A program made the position numbers and the translations under genes. A stretch of DNA of 63,296 nt, the filler included, from Octopus bimaculoides (taxonomy: Eukaryota), in assembly GCF_001194135.2 (NCBI RefSeq). It is 5 parts of 4 records of this genome, joined end to end, with 100 filler letters (N's around TTAATTAATTAA, not from the genome) between each part and the next. Parts side by side here need not be neighbours in the genome. Positions count along the whole stretch, not along the records: positions 1 to 21,245 come from NC_069008.1; positions 21,346 to 44,506 come from NC_068998.1; 3 more parts are not named here. One strand, 5' to 3'. Positions 12,759-23,960 of this stretch are shown piece by piece; the stretch's first letter is position 1; each line of letters opens with the position of its first letter. The notes under the pieces are model-generated. The model worked only from the letters and a program-made list of their open reading frames with translations. It did not search any database and was not told the origin of the DNA.

Positions 12759-12919
12759 GTGAAACTGGTATTATATGAAAACGAAATGGCTGTTGTAAAT
12801 ATGGTTTTTGATGGACGAAATACAACCATTACAAACTGGTTTGATATCAATAAACTGAAAAGCTGTCCTTGGAAAGACTTGATTCCGAACAACGTGAAAA
12901 GATTTGGTATTAAATATAA
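12759..12919 (+). CDS. Coding exon 3 of the same gene
   Basis: TTGTCAG acceptor, phase 0; VKLVLYENEMAVVNMVFDGRNTTITNWFDINKLKSCPWKDLIPNNVKRFGIKY; donor AA|GTATGT at 12920, phase 2. Confidence 0.85.
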
Positions 12920-12940
12920 GTATGTCATTTTTTTCACTTA

Positions 12941-13250
12941 CTAGCAGAGATACCCGGCGTTGCCCGTGTCGTATGGAATTGAAGAATTAGACTTTTCTTT
13001 TATATTTTCTCTAATGAACTGGAATACCTATGATTCGAATTTCATCAAAATTGGATATTAAGAATTTTAATGAGCGTTCTTTCCCTCTTTACACGCCCGA
13101 ATAAAAATTCTAATCATGACATTTATCCCATACTACTCATCTTTATGCCCAGATTCCAAAATCCAAATATAACATATTCAAAGGTTTTTGCTCTTAAAAA
13201 TTGAAGCACATGGAGCTCTAAAATGTGAGAGCTAAGGCCCCTATTAAAGT
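12941..13250 (-). mobile_element. Non-autonomous Helitron-like element; 3' end well defined, 5' end approximate
   Basis: Minus strand reads cgggcaacgccggg (hairpin) + 8 nt + CTAG|T, the canonical Helitron 3' terminus. Confidence 0.55.
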
Positions 13251-13904
13251 CAACCATACAAGTTAAATTTTGGGGAATCTTTTTTAACTTGTGTCTTATA
13301 TATATATATATNNNNNNNNNNNNNNNNNNNNNNNNNNNNNNNNNNNNNNNNNNNNNNNNNNNNNNNNNNNNNNNNNNNNNNNNNNNNNNNNNNNNNNNNN
13401 NNNNNNNNNNNNNNNNNNNNNNNNNNNNNNNNNNNNNNNNNNNNNNNNNNNNNNNNNNNNNNNNNNNNNNNNNNNNNNNNNNNNNNNNNNNNNNNNNNNN
13501 NNNNNNNNNNNNNNNNNNNNNNNNNNNNNNNNNNNNNNNNNNNNNNNNNNNNNNNNNNNNNNNNNNNNNNNNNNNNNNNNNNNNNNNNNNNNNNNNNNNN
13601 NNNNNNNNNNNNNNNNNNNNNNNNNNNNNNNNNNNNNNNNNNNNNNNNNNNNNNNNNNNNNNNNNNNNNNNNNNNNNNNNNNNNNNNNNNNNNNNNNNNN
13701 NNNNNNNNNNNNNNNNNNNNNNNNNNNNNNNNNNNNNNNNNNNNNNNNNNNNNNNNNNNNNNNNNNNNNNNNNNNNNNNNNNNNNNNNNNNNNNNNNNNN
13801 NNNNNNNNNNNNNNNNNNNNNNNNNNNNNNNNNNNNNNNNNNNNNNNNNNNNNNNNNNNNNNNNNNNNNNNNNNNNNNNNNNNNNNNNNNNNTATATATA
13901 TATG

Positions 13905-14030
13905 TTTAGCCCCTTGTGGGCAATAAAAAAACAAGAAACGTTAGCACGCCGGGCAAAATACTTAGCGGCATTTCGTCTGCCGTTACGTTCTGAGTTCGAA
14001 TTCCGCCGAGGTCGACTTTTGGGTCCATAT
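13905..14030 (+). mobile_element. SINE family C fragments (3' end followed by a truncated head)
   Basis: tttagccccttgtgggcaataaa followed by gttagcacgccgggcaaaatacttagcggcatttcgtctgccgttacgttctgagttcgaattccgccgaggtcgac. Confidence 0.75.
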
Positions 14031-14336
14031 AATCGACTGTCCCCCTCCCCACAAAATCCAGGCCTTGTACCTATAGTAGAAACGATTATTAATATTGATT
14101 GACGTTCTTCAAGTTTTGAGTTCAAATCCCGCCTAGTTTGACTTTGTCATTACTCTTTCCCTGGCCGATAATATAAGAACGTTTTTGAGCATTGTGGAAG
14201 AATGTACCTTAGGCATTCCCTTCACCGAAATTGCTGGCATTGTACCAAAATTGTTGTTTCTGTTGTCGTCGTTGTCGACTCAAAACTTCATTAATGTCCT
14301 CGACAGCTAATTGTGATATCTTTTCTTTCTCCACAG

Positions 14337-14497
14337 TTCAAATCGCCCTTTCCATATAGGAATCTCTCCGAGTTGTACTGAAAACCGTGGCTGGTTGAGT
14401 ATACTTCAGTCTGAAGGAGGTTGTTTGTATACGCATGTACAACATTACCCTGAATTCATCTATTCGAACAGAGATTCGCTAATCTTTTGGGAAAAAG
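14337..14497 (+). CDS. Coding exon 4 of the same gene
   Basis: Strong acceptor TTTTCTTTCTCCACAG, phase 2 (AA|T = Asn); SNRPFHIGISPSCTENRGWLSILQSEGGCLYTHVQHYPEFIYSNRDSLIFWEK; donor G|GTATGA at 14498, phase 1. Confidence 0.85.
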
Positions 14498-14561
14498 GTA
14501 TGATTTTGTGTTTTATATTTTATGTTTGTCTCTGTAGTTTAACAGAATCATGATGTGTGTG

Positions 14562-14930
14562 TGTGTGTGTGTTGGCACTCCGTCGCTTACGACGTCGAGG
14601 GTTCCAGTTGATCCGATCAACGGAACAGCCTGCTGAGCACTCCACAGACACGTGTACCCTTAACGTAGTTCTCGGGGAGATTCAGCGTGACACAAAGTGT
14701 GACAAGGCTGACCCTTTGAATTACAGGCACAACAGAAACAGGAAGTAAGACTGAGAGAAAGTTGTGGTGAAAGAGTACAGCAGGGTTCGCCACCATCCCC
14801 TGCCGGAGCCTCATGGAGCTTTTAGGTGATTTCGCTCAATAAACACTCACAATGCCCGGTCTGGGAATCGAAACTGCGATCCTATGACCACGAGTCCGCT
14901 GCCCTAACCACTGGGCCATTGCGCCCCCAC
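14562..14930 (-). mobile_element. tRNA-derived SINE (family B) in intron 4
   Basis: Reverse complement of 5249-5613 along its length. Confidence 0.85.
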
Positions 14931-14989
14931 AACAGAATCATGATAGGGAGCGGCTAATATGTGTGTAGTGTTCAGGATCGGGGTTTAGC

Positions 14990-15880
14990 TTCTACTTTTT
15001 TGTCCGTATGTTTTTTCTTAGCATGTCCAGTGCTCCAATTATTATTTGTATTATTTTCATCTTCATACCCCATATCTTGAATACTTCAATTTCGAGATTT
15101 TTCTACTTTGGCAATTTCTCCACTTCTTGACAACATTTTGATCAGAAGGGACTGCAATGCCTATCAGTTAAGAACTGTTTTTTTTTTTACCCCACAATCC
15201 TTCATTATTATGTCTGGGCGATTAGCTTTATTTCGTTGACGGTTTGAATCGGCACATCCTAGGTGATCGTGGCCTAATCGTTGTCTTGTACCTTGTATGG
15301 CACGTGTTTGTACTATTTATTACCAGTTTTAATGTTGTAATGCTGAGGTATTGTCCAGTGGATATTACTTGGTTGAGTTTGTATATATATTCAGGTTTGA
15401 CAAGGACTCCACAGCCAGAGATGATGGCTGTAATTTATGACTGGTACGGCTTGTGTATTATTCTTATTATCTTATCTTTTGCATTAAGTTCAGTTTTGAA
15501 TATTAGTCTAACTCTTCTGTAATATTCTCTCCTAATTTTCTCTTTCATTTTTGTATGTTGTATTTTAGCTGTTTTGCCTATTCTTAAATATTTGTATGGT
15601 TGATTGTTGTCTAATTCTCCGATTTTTTGTGTCAATGTCGAGTGTAGCATTTTCCAGTGCTGATTAATTTGCCTCTTCTCAGTGTGACCCTGGCACATTT
15701 GTCCAGCTCCATGCTCATTCCGATCTCCTTGCTGAATCTATGAACTATTTTGAAGTTTCTCTGTTCCATGGTGTGTCTAGCGAAAATTTTGGAGTCATCC
15801 ATGTACAGGCGATGGTTTATTGTTTGTCCATAGCGCCTATAACCCATGGTGATTTCGTTTAACAGGTTTGTTAGTGGGGC
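14990..15880 (-). mobile_element. Internally deleted R4/Dong-like LINE remnant
   Basis: TINHRLYMDD, DKCARVTLRRGK, PYKYL and RVRLIFKTELNAKDKI on the minus strand, followed by endonuclease-region fragments. Confidence 0.8.
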
Positions 15881-15990
15881 CGGAGAAAGGTAGAAAAGCA
15901 GATGTGAGAGTGAGTATCTTGGAAAATCCCCCTTATTGGTATAGAATGGGTTTTAATGACTTGTGAATCATTAATGACTTGTGAGTCATG

Positions 15991-16438
15991 CAGGAGTGGC
16001 TGTGTGGTAAGTAGCTTGCTTACCAACCACATGGCTCCGGGTTCATTCACACTGCGTGGCACCTTGGGCAAGTGTCTTCTACTATAGCCTCGGGCCGATC
16101 AAAGCCTTGTGAGTGGATTTGGTAGACGGAAACTGAAAGAAGCCCGTCGTATAGATGTATATATATNNNNNNNNNNNNNNNNNNNNNNNNNNATATATAC
16201 ATGTATGTGTGTGTATATGTTTGTGTGCCTGTGTTTGTCCCCCCGACATCGCTTGACAACCGATGCTGGTGTATTTACGTCTCCGTAACTTAGCGGTTCG
16301 GCAAAAGAAACCAATAGAATAAGTACTAGGCTTACAAAGAATAAGTCCTGGGGTCGATTTGATTCGACTAAAAGGCGGTGCTCCAGCATGGCCACAGTCA
16401 AATGACTGAAACAAGTAAAAGAGTAAAAAAGTAAAGAG
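15991..16438 (+). mobile_element. Near full-length tRNA-derived SINE (family A) with internal microsatellite
   Basis: A-box/B-box-like head (ggagtggctgtgtggtaag...ccgggttcattcacact), internal (TA)/(TG) tract, 3' end gaaacaagtaaaagag; near-identical copies elsewhere in the window. Confidence 0.9.
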
Positions 16439-16671
16439 TTAAAAACTGATGATGTCGTCATTCCATCAACGTATGGACGCTGGCTGCTCTCGTTCATACT
16501 TTACGTTTAGATTTCTGTAATTTTGAATTTTTATCACTTCTTATTTTGAAATAGACAAAGACAGACTTACTGTCGAAATATCGTTCAACCAATAAAATAT
16601 CTTACAACCGAATCGCGCTCTTCGTCTTCACTGTTTACCTTCGTGAAGAGTTACGTCAATCCTTTTAAAAA

Positions 16672-16712
<41 letters not shown>

Positions 16713-17009
16713 GTAGTAGTAGTAGTAGTAGTTGTCAAAATTTAAAAAAGAGTGCCATTGTTATCTAGTGAACGATACTTCGAAATCTTGTGTGTCTTCA
16801 ACAGTTTAAAAAAATAATTGACAAAATTATTTTTTCAAGCTGTTGAAGATACACAAGATGTCGAAATATCGTTCACTAGATGACAATGGCACTCTTCTTT
16901 TAATTTCGACTCTATATCTTCTGGATAAGTTACCTCAATCCTTTATATTATTATTATTATTGTTCAGTAGTTTTATTTTTATAACGTGCTTTCACTTCAC
17001 TACCGAGCG

Positions 17010-17296
17010 CAGCTCTGTGCGCCTTGGGTATGTGCTGTGGTTTGCTGTGGTGCTCTTATGTTTACTGTATTGAAAGTGTTTTGCATAGAATGTGTGCAGT
17101 ACCCAGTAGTGCAATTTTCTGTATGTTATATATATTTGTAAGTCCTGGTGTTTTTGTTATGTATTTGTCTGAATATTTTTTTATCATACCTAAGGCACCT
17201 ACTATGATAGGAATTGTTTCTGTTTTTAGATTCCACATTCGAGTTACCTCTATTTCCAGGTCTTTGTATTTTGAAAGTTTTTCCATTTCTTTTTTC
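17010..17296 (-). mobile_element. 3' end of an R4/Dong-like LINE (REL endonuclease C-terminus); repeated at ~18163-18449
   Basis: EKLSKYKDLEIEVTRMWNLKTETIPIIVGALGMI...QKIALLGTAHIL is the typical REL-endonuclease C-terminus. Confidence 0.85.
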
Positions 17297-18474
17297 NNNN
17301 NNNNNNNNNNNNNNNNNNNNNNNNNNNNNNNNNNNNNNNNNNNNNNNNNNNNNNNNNNNNNNNNNNNNNNNNNNNNNNNNNNNNNNNNNNNNNNNNNNNN
17401 NNNNNNNNNNNNNNNNNNNNNNNNNNNNNNNNNNNNNNNNNNNNNNNNNNNNNNNNNNNNNNNNNNNNNNNNNNNNNNNNNNNNNNNNNNNNNNNNNNNN
17501 NNNNNNNNNNNNNNNNNNNNNNNNNNNNNNNNNNNNNNNNNNNNNNNNNNNNNNNNNNNNNNNNNNNNNNNNNNNNNNNNNNNNNNNNNNNNNNNNNNNN
17601 NNNNNNNNNNNNNNNNNNNNNNNNNNNNNNNNNNNNNNNNNNNNNNNNNNNNNNNNNNNNNNNNNNNNNNNNNNNNNNNNNNNNNNNNNNNNNNNNNNNN
17701 NNNNNNNNNNNNNNNNNNNNNNNNNNNNNNNNNNNNNNNNNNNNNNNNNNNNNNNNNNNNNNNNNNNNNNNNNNNNNNNNNNNNNNNNNNNNNNNNNNNN
17801 NNNNNNNNNNNNNNNNNNNNNNNNNNNNNNNNNNNNNNNNNNNNNNNNNNNNNNNNNNNNNNNNNNNNNNNNNNNNNNNNNNNNNNNNNNNNNNNNNNNN
17901 NNNNNNNNNNNNNNNNNNNNNNNNNNNNNNNNNNNNNNNNNNNNNNNNNNNNNNNNNNNNNNNNNNNNNNNNNNNNNNNNNNNNNNNNNNNNNNNNNNNN
18001 NNNNNNNNNNNNNNNNNNNNNNNNNNNNNNNNNNNNNNNNNNNNNNNNNNNNNNNNNNNNNNNNNNNNNNNNNNNNNNNNNNNNNNNNNNNNCCTTTATA
18101 TTATTATTATTATTGTTCAGTAGTTTTATTTTTATAACGTGCTTTCACTTCACTACCGAGCGCAGCTCTGTGCGCCTTGGGTATGTGCTGTGGTTTGCTG
18201 TGGTGCTCTTATGTTTACTGTATTGAAAGTGTTTTGCATAGAATGTGTGCAGTACCCAGTAGTGCAATTTTCTGTATGTTATATATATTTGTAAGTCCTG
18301 GTGTTTTTGTTATGTATTTGTCTGAATATTTTTTTATCATACCTAAGGCACCTACTATGATAGGAATTGTTTCTGTTTTTAGATTCCACATTCGAGTTAC
18401 CTCTATTTCCAGGTCTTTGTATTTTGAAAGTTTTTCCATTTCTTTTTTCTTTTCTTTTTATTATTATTATTATT

Positions 18475-18528
<54 letters not shown>

Positions 18529-18542
18529 GCTGATGTTATAAA

Positions 18543-18760
18543 GGCGGTGAGCCAGCAAAATTGCTAGCGTGCTGGGCAAAATGCTTAGCGGCATTTCGTC
18601 TGTCTCTATGTTCAATGTTCAAATTACGCTGAAGTCAATTTGCCTTCCTTCCCTTTCGGGGGCCGATGAAATAAGTCAGTTGAACCCTGCGGTCGATGTA
18701 ATCGACTTAAACACCCCCACCTTCCCCCGAAATTTCTGGCCTTGTGCCTTTAGTAGAATG
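18543..18760 (+). mobile_element. SINE family C immediately upstream of exon 5
   Basis: ggcggtgagccagcaaaattgctagcgtgctgggcaaaatgcttagcggcatttcg head and cggtcgatgtaatcgactt body. Confidence 0.75.
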
Positions 18761-18802
18761 GTTTAACTATATCGCTGTTTTTACTGATGTTGTCATTTTC
18801 AG

Positions 18803-18855
18803 GATACGGAAAAGCCGACACCTTGAACGTATTAATCCGCCTGAGACCGAACTAG
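18803..18855 (+). CDS. Terminal coding exon 5 of the same gene
   Basis: CATTTTCAG acceptor, phase 1 (G|GA = Gly); YGKADTLNVLIRLRPN then TAG at 18853-18855. The summed CDS of 888 nt is an exact multiple of 3 with no internal stop. Confidence 0.75.
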
Positions 18856-18882
18856 CCAATCACACGAACTTCTCTGCAACCA

Positions 18883-18949
<67 letters not shown>

Positions 18950-19029
18950 TTTTCAAAATACGGAGAAGCCGACACCTTGAACATATTAATCCGTTTGAGA
19001 CCGAACTCACACGAACTCCTCTGCAACCA
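18950..19029 (+). pseudogene. Decayed tandem duplicate of terminal exon 5 (pseudo-exon)
   Basis: Aligns to 18796-18882 at offset 154; acceptor AG mutated to AA; a 7-nt deletion (TAGCCAA) removes the stop codon. Confidence 0.85.
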
Positions 19030-19259
19030 TTGTTGTTGCTTTTAACATTTACCCTTACGAAAATGGCCACCACAACAACGATGTGTCAAGTGCTGCCTTT
19101 CAGTAATTTTAATGCAATAACCACTCTATCGATTATCGATCTTTTGTTGCCAATCACTTTCATTCTTTCTGTCTGTCGAGAGATATTATTGATGTTCTTG
19201 TTACTCTTTAGCCTAACGTTAAATGAGATGAAGAATATATGTCTTCTGTATTCTAGCTT

Positions 19260-19443
19260 TTACTTGTTCCAATCATTAGACCGCGGCCATGTTGGGGCAT
19301 CGCCTTCAGGAATATTTTTAGTCGAATGAATTAAATACCGGTACTTATTCTATCGGTTTCTTCTGCCGAAGCGTTAAGTTACGGGGACGTAAACACACCA
19401 ATGCCGGTTGTCAAGCGCGGGCCACAAGCACACAAACACGCAC

Positions 19444-19506
<63 letters not shown>

Positions 19507-19584
19507 CATACGATGGTCTTTCAGTTTCCGTGTACCAAAGCCACTCACCAGGCTTTGGTCAATCAGAGGTTATCGTAGGATATA

Positions 19585-19618
<34 letters not shown>

Positions 19619-19870
19619 CACACGCACATACACGCGCGTGCGCACACACATACATACACACATACACACGCACACACACACATATACACACACATACACG
19701 CACGCGCACACGCACACACCCACACACACGCACACATGTATATATATACGACGGGCTTCTTTCAGTTTCCTTCTACCAAATCCACTGCTATAGCAGAAGA
19801 CCCTTACCCAAGGTGTCATGCAGTGGGACTGAACCCGGAACCACGTGGTTGGTAAGCAAGTTACTCACTT
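19260..19870 (-). mobile_element. SINE family A, degenerate, with expanded internal (CA)/(TA) tract
   Basis: Reverse-complement similarity to 15991-16438. Confidence 0.8.
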
Positions 19871-20189
19871 TCTTTATTAGCCACAAGGGATCGAACACAA
19901 ATGGGGACGCAAGGACAAAACGGTGGGGTACATAAAACATATACGAATGAATTACATGAATTTGATGACAATGAAAAACAAAGTGGCGTACCCACCCCCC
20001 ACAAGCAAGCAGTTCCACTTTTACTATTTTATACAACAATTAGCAGTCTTTTTAAAATAAACAATTTTTCACAAATAACTTTTTTAGTTCATAATGAACC
20101 CTTTATATTCCACCAGTACGGTTTCAATTGTTCGTATCCTACCACCGGTGACAGCTCGTCATATCGAACCTGCCACTTGTAATTACAGC

Positions 20190-20543
20190 CTTCACTATCA
20201 CCATCACAACCATCATCAACACCATAACAATACCACCAACATCACCATTTCCAAAACCAATACGACTAACACCACAACAACCACCTCCACCACCAACACC
20301 ACCTCCCACACCACAACAACCACCTCCACCACTAACACCACCTCCAACACCACAACAATCACCGCTACCACCAACACCAACTCCAATACCACACCAACCA
20401 CCGCCACCACTAACACCACAACAACAGCACTAGTACCACAACGACGACGACCATCTACCACCACCATCACCAGTAGCAACGCCAACACCTCCATTAACAC
20501 CAACACTATCTCTAGCACCATAACAACCTCCACCACCACCACC

Positions 20544-20575
<32 letters not shown>

Positions 20576-20590
20576 CATCAACAACAATAA
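20190..20590. repeat. Degenerate (CAC/CAA)n tract mimicking a Thr-rich ORF
   Basis: Directly visible; no splice signals or unique sequence. Confidence 0.8.
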
Positions 20591-21064
20591 ACTACAGCAC
20601 CATCTTAGATTAACCGATGGTGAACGCACGTGACTTCGTGCTTTGGGTATTCGTCAGACAATCGTAAGGTCTTGAGCAAGACACTTTATTTCACATTGTT
20701 CCAGTCCACCCAGCCGGCAAAAATGAATTGTACTTGTAATTCATTCATGCTATTGTCGTCATAATTGCTGTTGTTATTGTTGTTGTTTGGGTTTCATTTT
20801 CATAGAGACGTGTGTGGTTTGTTTTTTTATAATTCACATAATGAACAGAAATGCAAGCAAATAAATATAACGACATGTCAATAAATAAAGGAATATTGAT
20901 TTTTGTATCCGATGTTCGTTTAAATGCATATTTTAATCATTTCTCGTCAAAGGTGTCATATTGACTCGTGACATATAATGGATAATAGTTTGAACTATCA
21001 GAAAATCAATATTTATCATCAATATTTATCTCTTATGGAATGAGTAGGATTGTTAACAGATATA

Positions 21065-21245
21065 GGCGTAGGAGTGGCTATGTGGTAAGTAGCTTGCTTA
21101 CGAACCACATAGTTCCGGGTTCAGTCCCACTGCGTGGCATCTTGGGCAAGTGTCTTCTGCTATAGCCTCGGACCGACCGAAGCCTTGTGAATGGGATTTG
21201 GTAGACGGAAACTGAAAGAAGCCCGTCGTATATATATATATATAT
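21065..21245 (+). mobile_element. SINE family A 5' half, ending in a (TA)n tract at an assembly spacer
   Basis: ggcgtaggagtggctatgtggtaagtagcttgc...gaaagaagcccgtcgtatatat. Confidence 0.85.
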
Positions 21246-21345
21246 NNNNNNNNNNNNNNNNNNNNNNNNNNNNNNNNNNNNNNNNNNNNTTAATTAATTA
21301 ANNNNNNNNNNNNNNNNNNNNNNNNNNNNNNNNNNNNNNNNNNNN
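21246..21345. other. Artificial 100-bp scaffold spacer (44 N + TTAATTAATTAA + 44 N); identical spacers at 44507-44606, 54760-54859 and 62101-62200
   Basis: Same geometry at four sites; the palindromic 12-mer puts a stop codon in all six frames. Confidence 0.95.
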
Positions 21346-21347
21346 AT

Positions 21348-21379
<32 letters not shown>

Positions 21380-22143
21380 GCGTATGTCTATTTATATATA
21401 TATATATATTTATATAAATATATATACATATATATACTTAACTTTGAGTATGTGAGTATATATGTATATACGTATATATGTGTGTGCGCGTGTGTATATA
21501 TTTTCGTATGTATATGTGCGTGCACTTTGTGTGAGAAATAAAATGCGTACGTTTTTTGACCATATTGGTAATTAGACTTCATGTCGCATGTTTGTTAAAC
21601 CAGGGATTGATATAATCATTTCAACGATCAAAATGAGCACACCCAACAATTCCATTTCTTTATTCGTGATCTACTTATTCCTCATTCTTCACTGATTGTA
21701 TTCTTTTTTTGTATGTATGTATATGTTTGAATATACGTTAAACCCTACTTGTATATATATTTGCTTATGTTTCTCTGATGTATATATGTGCAAGGTCATA
21801 CGCTTTTTGTTGTGTACGTATGTATGTGATTATATGTATGCACGTGTACGTCTCCCTACGTGTTTATGTATGGGTGTCTGTGTGCGTTGTTTTTTTATGT
21901 GTGCATGTATGTAATTAAACACTCCATATTTCAAACCCTAAAATATTAGTTCTAAGCTTCTAGGCGAGAAACTCCAATCAGAGTCACCTTCTGTAAATTA
22001 TAAACTTACAATTATTAAAGTGGAACAATTATCAGAAACACCAAATGCATTAAGAATGTGATCTATCTATCTATGTATCTAACTATCTATTTATTTGTCT
22101 GTCTGTCTGTCTGTCTATATGTTTTTCTATCAATCTATCTAGT

Positions 22144-22174
<31 letters not shown>

Positions 22175-22185
22175 TTCTCTCTGTG

Positions 22186-22237
<52 letters not shown>

Positions 22238-22245
22238 TAGATAGA

Positions 22246-22311
<66 letters not shown>

Positions 22312-22613
22312 TAAAAGGATTAAATCTGTTCTGGATTTTATGAAGTTGCTAGCATGTAAAAATCAACAAAGGCAAAAACCGCTACAAGTAGATAGTTTTA
22401 TTACTATAAAATCATAATAAGGGCAACTGCTGAGTAAACTCACATGCTAGAAGAAGACCCCGAATAGCTCTTAAACTCCCTTATTTATCACATAGACACC
22501 GATTGAAAGTGAAGGAATAAACAAAAATGATTTTGAAAGGTTTGGCCATAGACTAACATCTGGTTCACTGATGTGTTACCATTTTACTGTTCTCGGCATC
22601 ACATAACGGAAAG

Positions 22614-22661
<48 letters not shown>

Positions 22662-23105
22662 CACACACACATATATACATATGTGTGTGTGTGTGTATGT
22701 GTGTGTGTGTGTCTGTGTGTGGAATGTGGTACTTGCTTAACCTTCACAAACGTTTGCTCTCTGCCAGATCTGGCTTTCAAGACTTCATAAAAGACCATTC
22801 AGTCTGGTTGCATTTTAATATTTTTTGAAAAATAAGTGAATGAGGGATGTGTTTGCAAAATAGGTGAAATATATCAAATAAAGATTGGGCAACGAGTGTT
22901 ACTCCAAATCAAGTAGGAGTGACCGATGAATCGTTTTTCCTGTACCCGATTATGAACAGTTTCGGCCACTATTTAATATCCCCAGCAATATTGACTGTGT
23001 CTTGTACATTTACTCACTTGCACAGCGGGTCATGTTACTCTATGAAAACGTATTGAACATGTTAAAAGAGTATTATGCTTATAAATATCAATATGCGTGT
23101 ATATA

Positions 23106-23171
<66 letters not shown>

Positions 23172-23173
<2 letters not shown>

Positions 23174-23960
23174 TACAGGGTGTGGGGTGTGGTGAATGAT
23201 CTGTCATCTAAATATCGCAAAAATGAAAATGAAGCTGACATCTCATTTTAACAGATATATATCAGAAAATTGCATTAAAATATCTTGAAATATTAAAGAG
23301 TAGATTTATTCAATAAAATCACAATTGACTTCAACCACGGCCTCTAGACAACTTCGGAATCTCCTTGTACAAGTTGGTGATTGCTGCCATAATCTTTCCC
23401 TTCAGTTCATCTTTGGTGTTACAAAGAGTTTTGTTGGTCTGTCGCGCAGCCTTGTTCCACACATAATAATAAAACCTGTTGCAATGTTGGGAGTTAGGTC
23501 GCCAACGTTAGAGGTGATGTCGGTGCAGAAATTGCCTGACAGCCATGACTGTACTGCTTCTTGTATGGCATAGTGCAGAGTCATGTTGCCAGACAAAGTG
23601 TCATCCAGCAGCCATCCTCTTGACACAGGGCAGATCTACCTCCTCCAAGCACATGATGTAGGCCTCCATGTTGACGGTGAGACCGTGTGGAAAGATGAAT
23701 TATGATGTGAAACATAACGTCGCCGCCACTAGTGATCACTCCAAACACGATGATGTTGACTCGATGTTTCATTTTCATCAGTTTTGTTACATGTCCTCAG
23801 ATTGCACTCTCCTCATATTGACACCCAAACACGTAAATGCTCATATTGCAGATTCCGGTGAAGATGCCACGCCATAGAGCATTCCGTTTCCAAATTTGTG
23901 GCAGAGTGAAGAGCTACATAGCGTCGTTTTTCTCACACACGTTGCCCAACTGAATATACT
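23172..23960 (-). mobile_element. Tc1/mariner (maT-like, DD37D) transposase remnant with terminal region
   Basis: Minus strand VFGVITSGGDVM, VWQHDSALCHT...W.PNS.HCN..YYVW...TNKTLCNTKDELK; 37 residues between the second Asp and the expected third acidic position after frameshift correction; terminus acagggtg at 23174. Confidence 0.75.

Noticed and set aside
16940-18449. Exact 357-bp direct duplication (16940-17296 = 18093-18449) giving two identical 74-aa ORFs
   Set aside because: Identical copies sit directly either side of an N-gap; most likely overlapping contig ends (assembly artefact) rather than a real tandem.
20094-20633. 179-aa Thr/Asn-rich mucin-like ORF
   Set aside because: Degenerate (CAC/CAA)n microsatellite, open on both strands, with no splice context.
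22380-22980. Partial hammerhead-like motifs (ctagaagaagaccc...; ggccgaaac on the minus strand)
   Set aside because: Catalytic core nucleotides and stem II are incomplete, so a ribozyme cannot be supported.
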